A DNA stretch of 36,562 nucleotides, from contig CAJOMM010000003.1 of assembly GCA_905235765.1 (NCBI GenBank), positions 1 to 36,562 on the forward strand, given 5' to 3'. The notes under the pieces are model-generated. The model did no database searches. It was not told the DNA's origin and saw only the letters and a list, made by a program, of their open reading frames with translations. Origin of the DNA: an uncultured Clostridia bacterium. GTDB taxonomy: Bacteria > Bacillota > Clostridia > Christensenellales > Borkfalkiaceae. The first letter of the stretch is position 1. Each line of letters opens with the position of its first letter. Below are positions 1-8,542 of this stretch, piece by piece. Both the position numbers and the translations under genes were made by a program.

Positions 1-624
1 TAAAAGCAGAGCGCGAATTTTTCCGCTTTTTGCGCATAGCGAGACGTACCAGTAAGGCTTATCGCTTTTTACGAGCAATTTTAACCGTATTTCGCCGTTG
101 AAATTCCCTTGCGCGTCTTTATAGATGGTCAAAAGTTCCGCCTGCTTTTCCGTAAGACAATTCAGCGCCGTTCGATAGTCAATCGTGTTTTCCGGTATAT
201 CGGAAGATAAAAGGACTTGTTCTTTATCCGAACCGGAACTTACGGTTACGGTAAATTCTTTCGGAGAAAAATTCTTTATTTCTATTTCCGTTCCATAAAC
301 GCCCGTTATTGCGTTAAGCTTTAGTTCGCCGGAATAAGTTTCGCGTTCATATTCTAATGTTACCGTTCTTTTCACCTGATCAACTCCGCCGTTATTTACG
401 CGCAAAGAAAGGACGTATATTTTTTCGCCGATCTCGCCGTCGTTTAGCGCCGGTTGTTCTCTTGAGCCGTAATAAGCGGAAATATCATAATTTTCTGACG
501 TTCCGGAGTATATTTCCGTTCTCGCTTCGCTTACGAATTTTTCATAAGGGTTACCCTTTTCGCAGGCGGATAAGGTCAATAAACATATAAAAACTGCGGC
601 AAAAACGATAAATTTTTTTTTCAT
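1..624 (-). CDS. putative lipoprotein; N-terminal ~208 codons only, ORF continues past the left window edge
   Basis: Minus-strand ATG at 624-622 follows an SD-like GAGGGAG (complement of 629-635). The reverse-complement translation begins MKKKFIVFAAVFICLLTLSACEKGNPYEKF, a signal peptide plus lipobox L-S-A-C. The frame stays open to position 1, so there is no stop and it is absent from the ORF track. Confidence 0.6.
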   Translation of the reverse strand, partial: MKKKFIVFAAVFICLLTLSACEKGNPYEKFVSEARTEIYSGTSENYDISAYYGSREQPALNDGEIGEKIYVLSLRVNNGGVDQVKRTVTLEYERETYSGELKLNAITGVYGTEIEIKNFSPKEFTVTVSSGSDKEQVLLSSDIPENTIDYRTALNCLTEKQAELLTIYKDAQGNFNGEIRLKLLVKSDKPYWYVSLCAKSGKIRALLL

Positions 625-749
625 AATTCTCCCTCGGAATAAATTATGAAAAAGAAGATTAAATTATGCCGGTTATTAAATTTAATAAAACCGTTGATTT
701 TTTATTCGCCGTTTGGTACAATAAAAATATAAAGTTTTGGAGTAATGTT

Positions 750-1343
750 TTGAAAAAGACCGTTTTCTATACGGCGACGATAACTTTAGCCGTCGCAATA
801 GCCGTAATTTTTGCGGTATATTTTATAATCGCAGCCGTTTCCCCGATAACCGTTGCAAAATTTTGGGATAACACGGGAGCGTACGCGCTTTCCGTGAAAT
901 ATTACGAGCGGCAGTACGAAAAAACGGACGACGACTCCGACCTCGCGGAACTTTGCCTAAAATTAAACGAATACGAAGACTCCGTAAAGGCCGCAACCTA
1001 TTGCGAGATTCTTACGGGAAAAGAAGGTTATTCGGAATTTTGCCAAAAGATAGACGCGGAGAAAAAATATTCTTATAAGACTTACGACTACTATTACGGC
1101 AAATACGCCGTGGCGGAATATCTGAAAAACGGTATGGCTTCCGCAATTCTCGTCGCCGAGGCTTCTCAATACAACGGGTATACGGAATACAATCCCTATT
1201 ACGTTCTGTTAAACGACGGGAAACTCAATTTGTCCGACGGAGATAAAGACCTTCTTATATCCGCCGCTGAAGATTTCGTTTCTTCCCTCGATAAAACCGA
1301 CGAGGAAAAGGCGGCTATAAAAAAATCTATGGGTATAGCGTAG
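750..1343 (+). CDS. hypothetical single-pass membrane protein (N-terminal TM helix, Tyr/Glu-rich helical ectodomain)
   Basis: Track ORF is 666..1343. I prefer the in-frame TTG at 750, 7 nt after GGAG (739-742). The 666 start would leave only 41 nt for two divergent promoters and adds an implausible N-terminus. TM segment: TVFYTATITLAVAIAVIFAVYFIIAAV. No recognisable family. Confidence 0.55.
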   Translation: MKKTVFYTATITLAVAIAVIFAVYFIIAAVSPITVAKFWDNTGAYALSVKYYERQYEKTDDDSDLAELCLKLNEYEDSVKAATYCEILTGKEGYSEFCQKIDAEKKYSYKTYDYYYGKYAVAEYLKNGMASAILVAEASQYNGYTEYNPYYVLLNDGKLNLSDGDKDLLISAAEDFVSSLDKTDEEKAAIKKSMGIA

Positions 1344-1378
1344 ATAATTAATTTTAAGTTAATTTAAAACATCGGAAC

Positions 1379-1418
1379 AAGCCCCGAAGCGAAAAATTCG
1401 CTTCGGGGCTTGTATTTT
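1379..1418 (+). terminator. intrinsic terminator downstream of the membrane protein gene
   Basis: 13-bp perfect stem aagccccgaagcg (1379-1391) / cgcttcggggctt (1399-1411) with a 7-nt loop, followed by gtatttt. Confidence 0.75.
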
Positions 1419-1461
1419 AAAATTTTTTAAAAATATTTTCATTTTTGACGTCATAAGCCTA

Positions 1462-1489
1462 TTGTCAAAAATTTTCGTCGGGGTATAAT
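1462..1489 (+). promoter_or_regulatory. sigma-A/sigma-70-type promoter of the phage-like cassette
   Basis: TTGTCA (1462-1467), 16-nt spacer, TATAAT (1484-1489). The track ATG at 1488 lies inside the -10 box, so the real TerL start must be downstream. Confidence 0.55.
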
Positions 1490-1514
1490 GACGGCGAATT
1501 GCAAGGGGAAATAT

Positions 1515-2948
1515 ATGTTAAACACCGTGTCAAAAATACTTCGCATCGAAAAAGAAATTTCTTTAAGAGCGCCCGTGGATAAACTTAAAAATTATAATTC
1601 CGGAGAGGTAAAACACCTCAAACAACTGGCGTTCCACAAGTGCCAAAAGAAAAATCGCTGGGTGTTCGGCGGAAACCGTAGCGGCAAAACGGAGTGCGGT
1701 GCGGTGGAAACCGTATATATGGCAAGAGGTATTCACCCTTACAGGGAAAACCGCAGAGACGTTTTCGGTTGGGTCGTTTCACTTTCTTCGCAAGTTCAAA
1801 GAGACGTCGCGCAGGCGAAAATACTTTCTTACCTTAATCCGCGTTGGATAGACGATATAATTATGAGTTCAGGCAAAAAGGACAGTCCGTCGAGCGGCAT
1901 TATAGATCAGATAAAGATTAAAAACGTCTTCGGCGGCGTTTCCACCGTGGGGTTTAAATCGTGCGATCAGGGAAGAGAAAAATTTCAGGGCAGTTCTTTG
2001 GATTTCGTATGGTTCGACGAAGAACCTCCGAAAGATATATACGACGAGTGCCGTATGAGAGTCCTCGATAAAAACGGCGACATTTTCGGCACTATGACGC
2101 CCCTTAAAGGTCTTACTTTCGTTTACGACGATATCTATCTGAAAAGCGGCGGCGAATCGGATATTTGGTGCGAATTTATGGAGTGGGACGACAATCCCTT
2201 TCTCCCTAAGTCGGAGACGCAATCGCTTTCCGAAACGCTTCCGAAAGACGAGTTGGAATCTCGTAAATACGGCAGGTTTAAGTGCAAAGAAGGGTTTGTG
2301 TATACCGAATTCGACGAAAATATCCACGTCATAGATCCCTTTCGCGTTCCCAAGGAGTGGTACGATAAAATCTCCATCGACCCGGGGCTTAAAAATCCGC
2401 TTTCCGCACATTGGTACGCCGTGGATTACGACGGGACGGTTTACGTTATAGCGGAACATTTCGAGGCGGGGAAAACCGTAGATTATCACGCCGGAAAAAT
2501 AAAGGAAATATCCGAAAAATTAGGTTGGCAAAAAGACGCTGACGGAAGGTACAGGGCTTTGATAGATTCCGCCGCGAACCAAAAAACGCTGGCGGCGGTA
2601 AAAAGCGTTACGGAACTTTTTTACGAACAGGGTATTCTTGCCGATCCTAACGTTAATAAAGAGTTGTTTTCGGGAATTTCTACGGTCAAAAAATATCTTA
2701 AGCTCGTAAACGGAAAACCCGGACTATTCATATTCAGAAATTGCGTAAACCTTATAAGAGAACTCAAAAATTACAGGTGGGGAAAGGAAGATTCGCCCGT
2801 TAAATACGACGATCACGCTTTGGACGAACTCAGATACTACCTTATGACTAAACCGTTAAACTCTCCGCCCAAACCTCAGAAAACTCCCGTGCAATTGGAC
2901 AAAGAAAGGCTTTACAGGAAGATTCTAAATGAAAGGAGAAGATATTAA
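1515..2948 (+). CDS. terL: phage terminase large subunit (TerL)
   Basis: Walker A FGGNRSGKTECG, Walker B LDFVWFDEEPP, and a C-terminal nuclease-type motif YDDHALDELRYY. Start chosen at ATG 1515, 5 nt after AAGGGGA, because 1488 lies within the -10 box. Sits at the head of the morphogenesis operon. Confidence 0.9.
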   Translation: MLNTVSKILRIEKEISLRAPVDKLKNYNSGEVKHLKQLAFHKCQKKNRWVFGGNRSGKTECGAVETVYMARGIHPYRENRRDVFGWVVSLSSQVQRDVAQAKILSYLNPRWIDDIIMSSGKKDSPSSGIIDQIKIKNVFGGVSTVGFKSCDQGREKFQGSSLDFVWFDEEPPKDIYDECRMRVLDKNGDIFGTMTPLKGLTFVYDDIYLKSGGESDIWCEFMEWDDNPFLPKSETQSLSETLPKDELESRKYGRFKCKEGFVYTEFDENIHVIDPFRVPKEWYDKISIDPGLKNPLSAHWYAVDYDGTVYVIAEHFEAGKTVDYHAGKIKEISEKLGWQKDADGRYRALIDSAANQKTLAAVKSVTELFYEQGILADPNVNKELFSGISTVKKYLKLVNGKPGLFIFRNCVNLIRELKNYRWGKEDSPVKYDDHALDELRYYLMTKPLNSPPKPQKTPVQLDKERLYRKILNERRRY

Positions 2949-3297
2949 AGATTTATCGTTTTCGGAAAAACTCAGAGAAACGCTCGTTAAAAAGGCTTTG
3001 GGCTACGACGTTACGGAAGTGGTGGAAGAATATTCGGAAGAGGACGGAGAAATTAAACTCGTCAAAAAGAAAGTAACCGTAAAAAACGTTCCGCCCGACG
3101 TTACGGCGTTAAAAATACTTTTAGACGGCGGAAACGATGACGTTTCAGAGTATTCCGACGAGCGGCTGGAGTCGGAAAAAAACAGACTTTTAGCCGAGCT
3201 TTTAGTAGAAGAAAAAATAAATAAGGAGAAGAAAAATTGCAATCGAAAAAACAACGTAAAAAATTCACCGACGAACTCAAAGACAAAAAATTCATAG
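2929..3297 (+). CDS. small terminase-related protein lacking the N-terminal HTH
   Basis: The only coding frame filling the TerL-portal gap. The segment KKALGYDVTEVVEEYSEEDGEIKLVKKKVTVKNVPPDVTALKILLDG matches, from memory, the central and C-terminal signature of a Firmicute phage TerS family (..RALGYEYEE..K..K.VPPDTTAQIFWLKNR). The HTH that normally precedes it is absent. Overlaps the TerL stop by 20 nt and the portal start by 61 nt. Confidence 0.5.
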   Translation: MKGEDIKDLSFSEKLRETLVKKALGYDVTEVVEEYSEEDGEIKLVKKKVTVKNVPPDVTALKILLDGGNDDVSEYSDERLESEKNRLLAELLVEEKINKEKKNCNRKNNVKNSPTNSKTKNS

Positions 3298-5108
3298 AAG
3301 AGATAGTCGGCGAAGTGCAAGACGATTTTGAAAATCGCCGTAAAAACCGGCTCGCCTTAGAACGGCAATGGGAACTCAATATGAATTTTCTTGTGGGAAA
3401 ACAGTATTGCGACATAAATCGCCGTGGCGAGATAGTGAAAGTTGACGACGGGTATTTCTGGCAGAAACGCGACGTGTTCAACCACATCGCTCCGATAATA
3501 GAATCCAGGCTTGCCAAACTTTCAAAAATTTCGCCCGTATTAAACGTAAGGCCGAAAACGGACGACGACTCGGACGCGCGGGCGGCTACGCTTTCGCAAA
3601 AGCTTTTGTCAGCGGCGTTTGAAGACGAAAACGTTATGTCCGTAGTCAAAAAAACGACGGTTTGGTCGGAAACCTGCGGCACGGGCTTTTATAAAATCGT
3701 GTGGAACGAAAGGAGTGGCGCAATCATTGGGAATTTAGGTAAAGAACCTGTTTTCGAAGGGGACGTAAACGTTATTTCCGTTTCGCCGTTCGAAATATTC
3801 CCGGACAATTTGTTTACCGAAAATTTAGAGGACTGCGACAGCATTATTCACGCAAGAGCGGTAACCGCTTCTAAAGTCAGAGAAAAATACGGAGTTATCG
3901 TGGAAGGCGGAGAAGTGAGCGTTTTCGGGCTTAACGGAGACGGCGAAGACGTTTACGAAGGCGTAAAAGGAACTTTGGATAACGCAGTCGTCGTTATAGA
4001 AAAGTACGAACGCCCGACTCCGGAATTTCCGAACGGCAGACTTATCACCGTCGCGGACGGAAAACTTCTTTATTACGGGGAATTGCCGTATAATAACGCG
4101 CAATACGGAGAAAGAACTTACCCCTTCGTAAAACAGGAAGGTATTAAAGTTGCCGGCAATTTTTTCGGACTTTCGGTTATAGAAAGACTGATACCGGTAC
4201 AGAGGGCGTTCAACGCCGTCAAAAACCGTAAACAAGAATTTCTGAATAGGTTATGCGCCGGCGTTATGACTGTGGAAGACGGTTCGGTAGACGTAGATCA
4301 ACTTGCGGAAGAAGGGTTGTCCCCCGGGAAAATCCTCGTTTACAGGCAAGGGGCAAAAGCGCCGGAACTTATGTCCGGATTTTCCATGCCGGGCGAATTT
4401 TCCGGCGAAGAAGAAAGGCTTATAAACGAATTCGTAAGAATAAGCGGCGTGGCGGACGTTTCGTCCAGCGCGACGAACGCTAACCTTGCGAGCGGTTCCG
4501 CGCTCCAGATACTTATCGAACAGGACAACGAAAGACTTGTGGTGAACGCGGAAATCATCAGAAATTGTATTCTTAAAATTTCCAAGCAAATAATTCGCCT
4601 TTACGGACAGTTCACGGTCAACCTCCGCGCCGTTAAACTTGCGGATAAGGAGGGGAAAATCAGAACTTATTACATCGATAAAGCGGCGATGAATTCCGAC
4701 GACGTGTATATAGAGAACGAAAACGAATTGCTGTTTACCAACAGGCAAAAAAAAGATACGATTTTCGATCTTTATAAAAGCGGACTTTTAACCGACGAAG
4801 ACGGCAATATCCATCCGGCGGTCAAAGAACGCGTGCTTGCGCTTCTCGGTTATAAGGACCTTGACTATAAAAAGGGTATTTCCAGACTTCAGGAACAAAA
4901 GGCGCAAAGCGAAAACGAAGTCATAAGAAAACGCGGACTTAACGTCGAAGATATAGACGACGACAAGATTCATATAGACGAACACACGAGATATATTCTC
5001 GCCGAATACGACGAACTTAGTGAAGACGAAAAAGAACGGCTTTTCGGACACTTAAAAAGTCATAAAGAAAGGGCGGAATCTAAATTAAAGGAGAAAGAAA
5101 ATGAGTGA
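3237..5108 (+). CDS. phage portal protein
   Basis: 623 aa with a TTG start 8 nt after AAGGAG (3223-3228). Lies between terminase and scaffold/capsid genes, has portal-typical size, and ends in an acidic/basic helical C-terminus. Confidence 0.75.
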   Translation: MQSKKQRKKFTDELKDKKFIEEIVGEVQDDFENRRKNRLALERQWELNMNFLVGKQYCDINRRGEIVKVDDGYFWQKRDVFNHIAPIIESRLAKLSKISPVLNVRPKTDDDSDARAATLSQKLLSAAFEDENVMSVVKKTTVWSETCGTGFYKIVWNERSGAIIGNLGKEPVFEGDVNVISVSPFEIFPDNLFTENLEDCDSIIHARAVTASKVREKYGVIVEGGEVSVFGLNGDGEDVYEGVKGTLDNAVVVIEKYERPTPEFPNGRLITVADGKLLYYGELPYNNAQYGERTYPFVKQEGIKVAGNFFGLSVIERLIPVQRAFNAVKNRKQEFLNRLCAGVMTVEDGSVDVDQLAEEGLSPGKILVYRQGAKAPELMSGFSMPGEFSGEEERLINEFVRISGVADVSSSATNANLASGSALQILIEQDNERLVVNAEIIRNCILKISKQIIRLYGQFTVNLRAVKLADKEGKIRTYYIDKAAMNSDDVYIENENELLFTNRQKKDTIFDLYKSGLLTDEDGNIHPAVKERVLALLGYKDLDYKKGISRLQEQKAQSENEVIRKRGLNVEDIDDDKIHIDEHTRYILAEYDELSEDEKERLFGHLKSHKERAESKLKEKENE

Positions 5109-5527
5109 AAAAGAGATTAAACAAGAAAATAGCGGAAAGGAATTGCCGCAGGTCGAGGAGACTTTACCTGTTACGGAGGAAAAAGTCGAACTCGGAAAAT
5201 TCAAAGACGTAAACGCGCTCGCGAAAGCTTACGAATCTTTACAATCTGAATTTACCAAACGCTGTCAGAGAAGAATTGGAGCAACGCGTTTCGGAATTCG
5301 ACAAGACGAATATCCCGAACGACGTAAACGCGGAAGCGTCGGCAAATGCAGGTATATCCGAAGAGGAAAAAGAAGAAATCTTAAAAGGGTACCTAAAACA
5401 GGTGGTCGGCGCGAGATCGAGAGCGATTTTATTAGACGGCGAGGGGACGGGGCTTAAAACTCCGTCAAAAAAACCCAAAACCGTCGCAGAGGCAGGGATT
5501 CTTGCCAAAGAAATTTTATCTAAATAA
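5101..5527 (+). CDS. phage capsid scaffolding protein, interrupted by a +1 frame break near 5266-5278
   Basis: ORF 5101..5457 encodes ..KFKDVNALAKAYESLQSEFTKRCQR, then turns into Arg-rich nonsense. ORF 5276..5527 in the +1 frame continues ELEQRVSEFDK..EEKEEILKGYLKQV... The joined sequence EFTKRCQR/ELEQR matches a scaffold motif recalled from Firmicute phages. Lies between the portal and capsid genes. Confidence 0.6.
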
Positions 5528-5544
5528 TAAATAAAGGAGAAAAA

Positions 5545-6723
5545 ATGGCAGTAAATTTAACTAATGCGGATAACGCGCTCAAGACTTATTATCTCGACGC
5601 GGTTTCCGAACAACTCAACAATAACGCTAATCCGCTTTTGGCGCAGATTAAAAAGACGACCGACGACGTTTGGGGAAAAGAGGTGAAGAAGCTCGCAATA
5701 CACGGCATAAACGGAGGAATCGGCGCCGGAACCGAAGAAGGCGATCTTCCTCCGGCTACCGGCAATAACTATTCGCTTTTTTCGGCAACTCTCAAAAACC
5801 TTTACGGAACGATTGAGATATCCGACAAGGCGGTAAGAGCGTCGGAAAACAATTCGGGAGCGTTCGTCAGTCTTTTGAACGCCGAAATGGACGGGCTTAT
5901 AAAGGCTTCTTCGTTCAACCTTGGAAGGATGCTTTACGGCAACGGTCAGGGCGTTTTGGGAAAAGTAACGAATATTTCTAACGGAATAGTTGTGCTTACC
6001 ACCGTACAGAACGTTATGGAAGGCATGGTCGTCGATTTCAGGACTTCGGCAGGCGCGCTCATCGAAGGCGCTTCGGGTAGAAGGATTTTGGTAGTCGACA
6101 GAATAAGTAAGGCGATAAAGATCGACGGAACTTCGCTTGCGCTTGAAAGCGTGCCGATAAACAGCATAATGACCGTTCAAGGTTCCTACAACAACGAGAT
6201 CACCGGTTTAAGCGCGTTGTTCGACTCAACCACTCCTACTCTTTACGGACTTCAGAAGATAGATAACGCTTGGCTCGTTCCTTATAGCAAGTCGAACGTC
6301 GGGAGCATTTCCGAAGCGGCTATCCAGAAAGCGCTCGACAATATAGAAGAAGCAGGCGGCGCTCCGGCGAACTTCATAGTGTGTTCGTTCGGCGTACGCC
6401 GTGCGCTTATAAATCTTTTGTCGGCGAATAAGAGAAACGTGGACACTTTGGATCTTGCGGGAGGTTTCAAAGCGTTAAGCTACAACGGTATACCGGTAGT
6501 TGCAGACAGATTCTGTCCTTCGGGAACGATGTATATCTTGAATACCGAAGACTTTACGTTACATCAACTCTGCGATTGGCAATGGCTTACCGGCGACGAC
6601 GGAAAAGTGCTTAAACAGATACCCGGGAAACCCGTATATACCGCGACTTTGGTAAAATACGCCGAACTTTTGTGCGCGCGTCCTTACGGTCAAGGTATGC
6701 TTTCCGGTATAAGCGAAGCGTAG
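5545..6723 (+). CDS. phage major capsid protein (presumed HK97 fold; family not assignable by eye)
   Basis: 392 aa with a strong SD AAAGGAGA 7 nt upstream. Follows the scaffold gene directly. Gly/Asn/Thr-rich with no TM segment. A stem-loop follows the gene, as often seen after highly expressed capsid genes. Confidence 0.75.
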   Translation: MAVNLTNADNALKTYYLDAVSEQLNNNANPLLAQIKKTTDDVWGKEVKKLAIHGINGGIGAGTEEGDLPPATGNNYSLFSATLKNLYGTIEISDKAVRASENNSGAFVSLLNAEMDGLIKASSFNLGRMLYGNGQGVLGKVTNISNGIVVLTTVQNVMEGMVVDFRTSAGALIEGASGRRILVVDRISKAIKIDGTSLALESVPINSIMTVQGSYNNEITGLSALFDSTTPTLYGLQKIDNAWLVPYSKSNVGSISEAAIQKALDNIEEAGGAPANFIVCSFGVRRALINLLSANKRNVDTLDLAGGFKALSYNGIPVVADRFCPSGTMYILNTEDFTLHQLCDWQWLTGDDGKVLKQIPGKPVYTATLVKYAELLCARPYGQGMLSGISEA

Positions 6724-6730
6724 TATTTTT

Positions 6731-6758
6731 ATTCTCCGAGGGGAAACCCTCGGAGAAT
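6731..6758 (+). other. perfect stem-loop downstream of the capsid gene (no U-tract)
   Basis: attctccgaggg (6731-6742) pairs with ccctcggagaat (6747-6758) around a 4-nt loop (gaaa, 6743-6746). It is followed by aacattaaaagggg rather than a T-run. Confidence 0.6.
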
Positions 6759-6778
6759 AACATTAAAAGGGGAATAAA

Positions 6779-7336
6779 ATGAAAATAAAAGAAATAATAA
6801 ATAATTCCGCGCTGTATTTGGGGCTCGGCGACGTGCGTGAATATCTTGTCGCCCAAACCGATGCAAGCGAAGAAACGCTGAAAACCGTAGGCGTTTTGAC
6901 AGGGCTTTGCAATCTGGTGATAAGCGAACTCGCTTCCACTTATATTCCTATGACGGCGACCGAAGAGGTCAGCGCCGTAGCCGGCAAAATCTTTTTTGAA
7001 AATTTAAATCACGCGGCGATAAAAGTCGTTTCCGTCAAAGACAGGTCGGGAAACGAAATAAACTTCGAGGTGTTTCCTGAATATATAAAGTTAAAAGACG
7101 GTAGATTTACCGTGGAATACGAATATATTCCGCAAAATTACGGGCTGACGGACGATATAGGCTACGACGAAAAAGACGTGCCGCAGGCGGCTTTATCCTA
7201 CGGGCTTTGCGCCGAATATTGTATTACACAATGCCGTTTCGAGGAAGCCGTTTCGTGGAGAAAACGCTATATTTTTTCGCTGGAAAAATTTTTAGTCCCC
7301 AAAGCGCGTACGATGAAAGCGAGGATGTTCGTATGA
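6779..7336 (+). CDS. hypothetical virion protein; head-completion/adaptor candidate by position
   Basis: 185 aa with SD AAAAGGGGA before ATG 6779. Its stop overlaps the next start (ATGA at 7333-7336). No recognisable motif; assignment rests on position only. Confidence 0.4.
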   Translation: MKIKEIINNSALYLGLGDVREYLVAQTDASEETLKTVGVLTGLCNLVISELASTYIPMTATEEVSAVAGKIFFENLNHAAIKVVSVKDRSGNEINFEVFPEYIKLKDGRFTVEYEYIPQNYGLTDDIGYDEKDVPQAALSYGLCAEYCITQCRFEEAVSWRKRYIFSLEKFLVPKARTMKARMFV

Positions 7337-8541
7337 AATTAGCGGAGTTTGACTTAAAAAGCGCGAAAACTTACGAGTTCGAACCCGACCTTTCAGACGT
7401 AAAACAAAAAAGAAGATTTTATTACGAGCCCTCCGAATCGTTCAGTTTTCCGTCCGCCGCAAAATGCCTTTTCGAGAGAGACGGAGAGGTTTACCTTCTT
7501 GATACGGACGGGTTTTTGTATAAGCGGAGACCGGACGGAACCGGATTTAGAATGGTTTCTATGACGCAGTTCGGACTGACAATCAAATTTTTACCCATAG
7601 TCAAAGACGGAGAAAAAGCGGTTATAGTAGTTACACCTGATACCGCGGAAGTCGCGAGAAACGCTTCCGGAACGGAAATTTCCGTTCCGTACGGCATTTT
7701 GAGGTTTTACGCCGGACGGATTTTTTCCGCAAGCGGAAAAACGGTGTTTTACAGCGGTTTATACGATTTTACTTCCTTCGACCCGAATATCGGCGGCGGC
7801 GGATTTATCGAACTTGAAGAGGACGACGGCGACATAGTCGGCATAGAAGAGTTAAGCGGAAAACTTTATATTTTTTGTAAAAATTCGCTGTTTTCATTGA
7901 CGGCGTTCGGAGAGCCTACCGATTTTAAGTTGGAAAAATTGTCTTTTCCGAGGTTGACGCCCGACGAAAACAGCGTTTTGAAAGTAGATTCAAACGTCTA
8001 TTTTTTAAGCGGCAATATACTAAAAAAATTCGACGGCAAAACGGTTAAGACAGCGTCCTTATCGCTAGTTGGCAAAACCCTTACGGGAGAAGCGGAAAGT
8101 TTTTCCGGTATGTACGTAAGGACTATAACGGGGGAAGACGGAAATTATTCTTTCGTATACGAGGACGCTACCGGTGAAGAAGCGTTCGTAAAAATACCGA
8201 CAAACGCAGAGTGTAACGGCGCTATCACGCCTCAGAGAGCTTCGGGAAAAATTCTAAGATTGACGGGCGAGACGGTCGGGGTAGACCTGTATTCTGTAGA
8301 GGGAGCGGATTTCGGAACTTCGGCAATAAAAACCGTGCTCGCCGCCGACGTCGGCGCAACCGGAACCGCTACGCTTTTAATAAAAGGCGAGAGCGGAACG
8401 GTAAAAAGAAAGATAAAAAACGGCGGAAGTTACGTTAAATTCTGCGCGTCGGGAAGGTTTTTCGACCTATCGTTTACCGACTGTTCGGAAGATTTTTCAA
8501 TAAACAGACTCAAATTGATTTATTCAAAATGCGGAGGATAA
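7333..8541 (+). CDS. hypothetical virion protein with beta-propeller-like repeats (tail-hub candidate by position)
   Basis: Track ORF 7207..8541 overlaps the preceding gene. ATG 7333 is translationally coupled (ATGA) and gives 402 aa. Recurrent blade-like motifs: GEVYLLDTDGFLYKR, GRIFSASGKTVFYSG, GKLYIFCKNSLFSLT, SNVYFLSGNILKKFDG. Confidence 0.4.
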   Translation: MKLAEFDLKSAKTYEFEPDLSDVKQKRRFYYEPSESFSFPSAAKCLFERDGEVYLLDTDGFLYKRRPDGTGFRMVSMTQFGLTIKFLPIVKDGEKAVIVVTPDTAEVARNASGTEISVPYGILRFYAGRIFSASGKTVFYSGLYDFTSFDPNIGGGGFIELEEDDGDIVGIEELSGKLYIFCKNSLFSLTAFGEPTDFKLEKLSFPRLTPDENSVLKVDSNVYFLSGNILKKFDGKTVKTASLSLVGKTLTGEAESFSGMYVRTITGEDGNYSFVYEDATGEEAFVKIPTNAECNGAITPQRASGKILRLTGETVGVDLYSVEGADFGTSAIKTVLAADVGATGTATLLIKGESGTVKRKIKNGGSYVKFCASGRFFDLSFTDCSEDFSINRLKLIYSKCGG

Positions 8542-8542
8542 T

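Noticed and set aside
357-590. 77-aa Arg-rich plus-strand ORF
   Set aside because: It lies antisense to, and entirely inside, the lipoprotein ORF that I translated from the minus strand. Its Arg-rich composition is typical of an off-frame artefact.
1488-1514. ATG 1488 as the TerL start (ORF-track start)
   Set aside because: This ATG lies inside the predicted -10 box (TATAAT 1484-1489) and has no SD. ATG 1515 has AAGGGGA 5 nt upstream.
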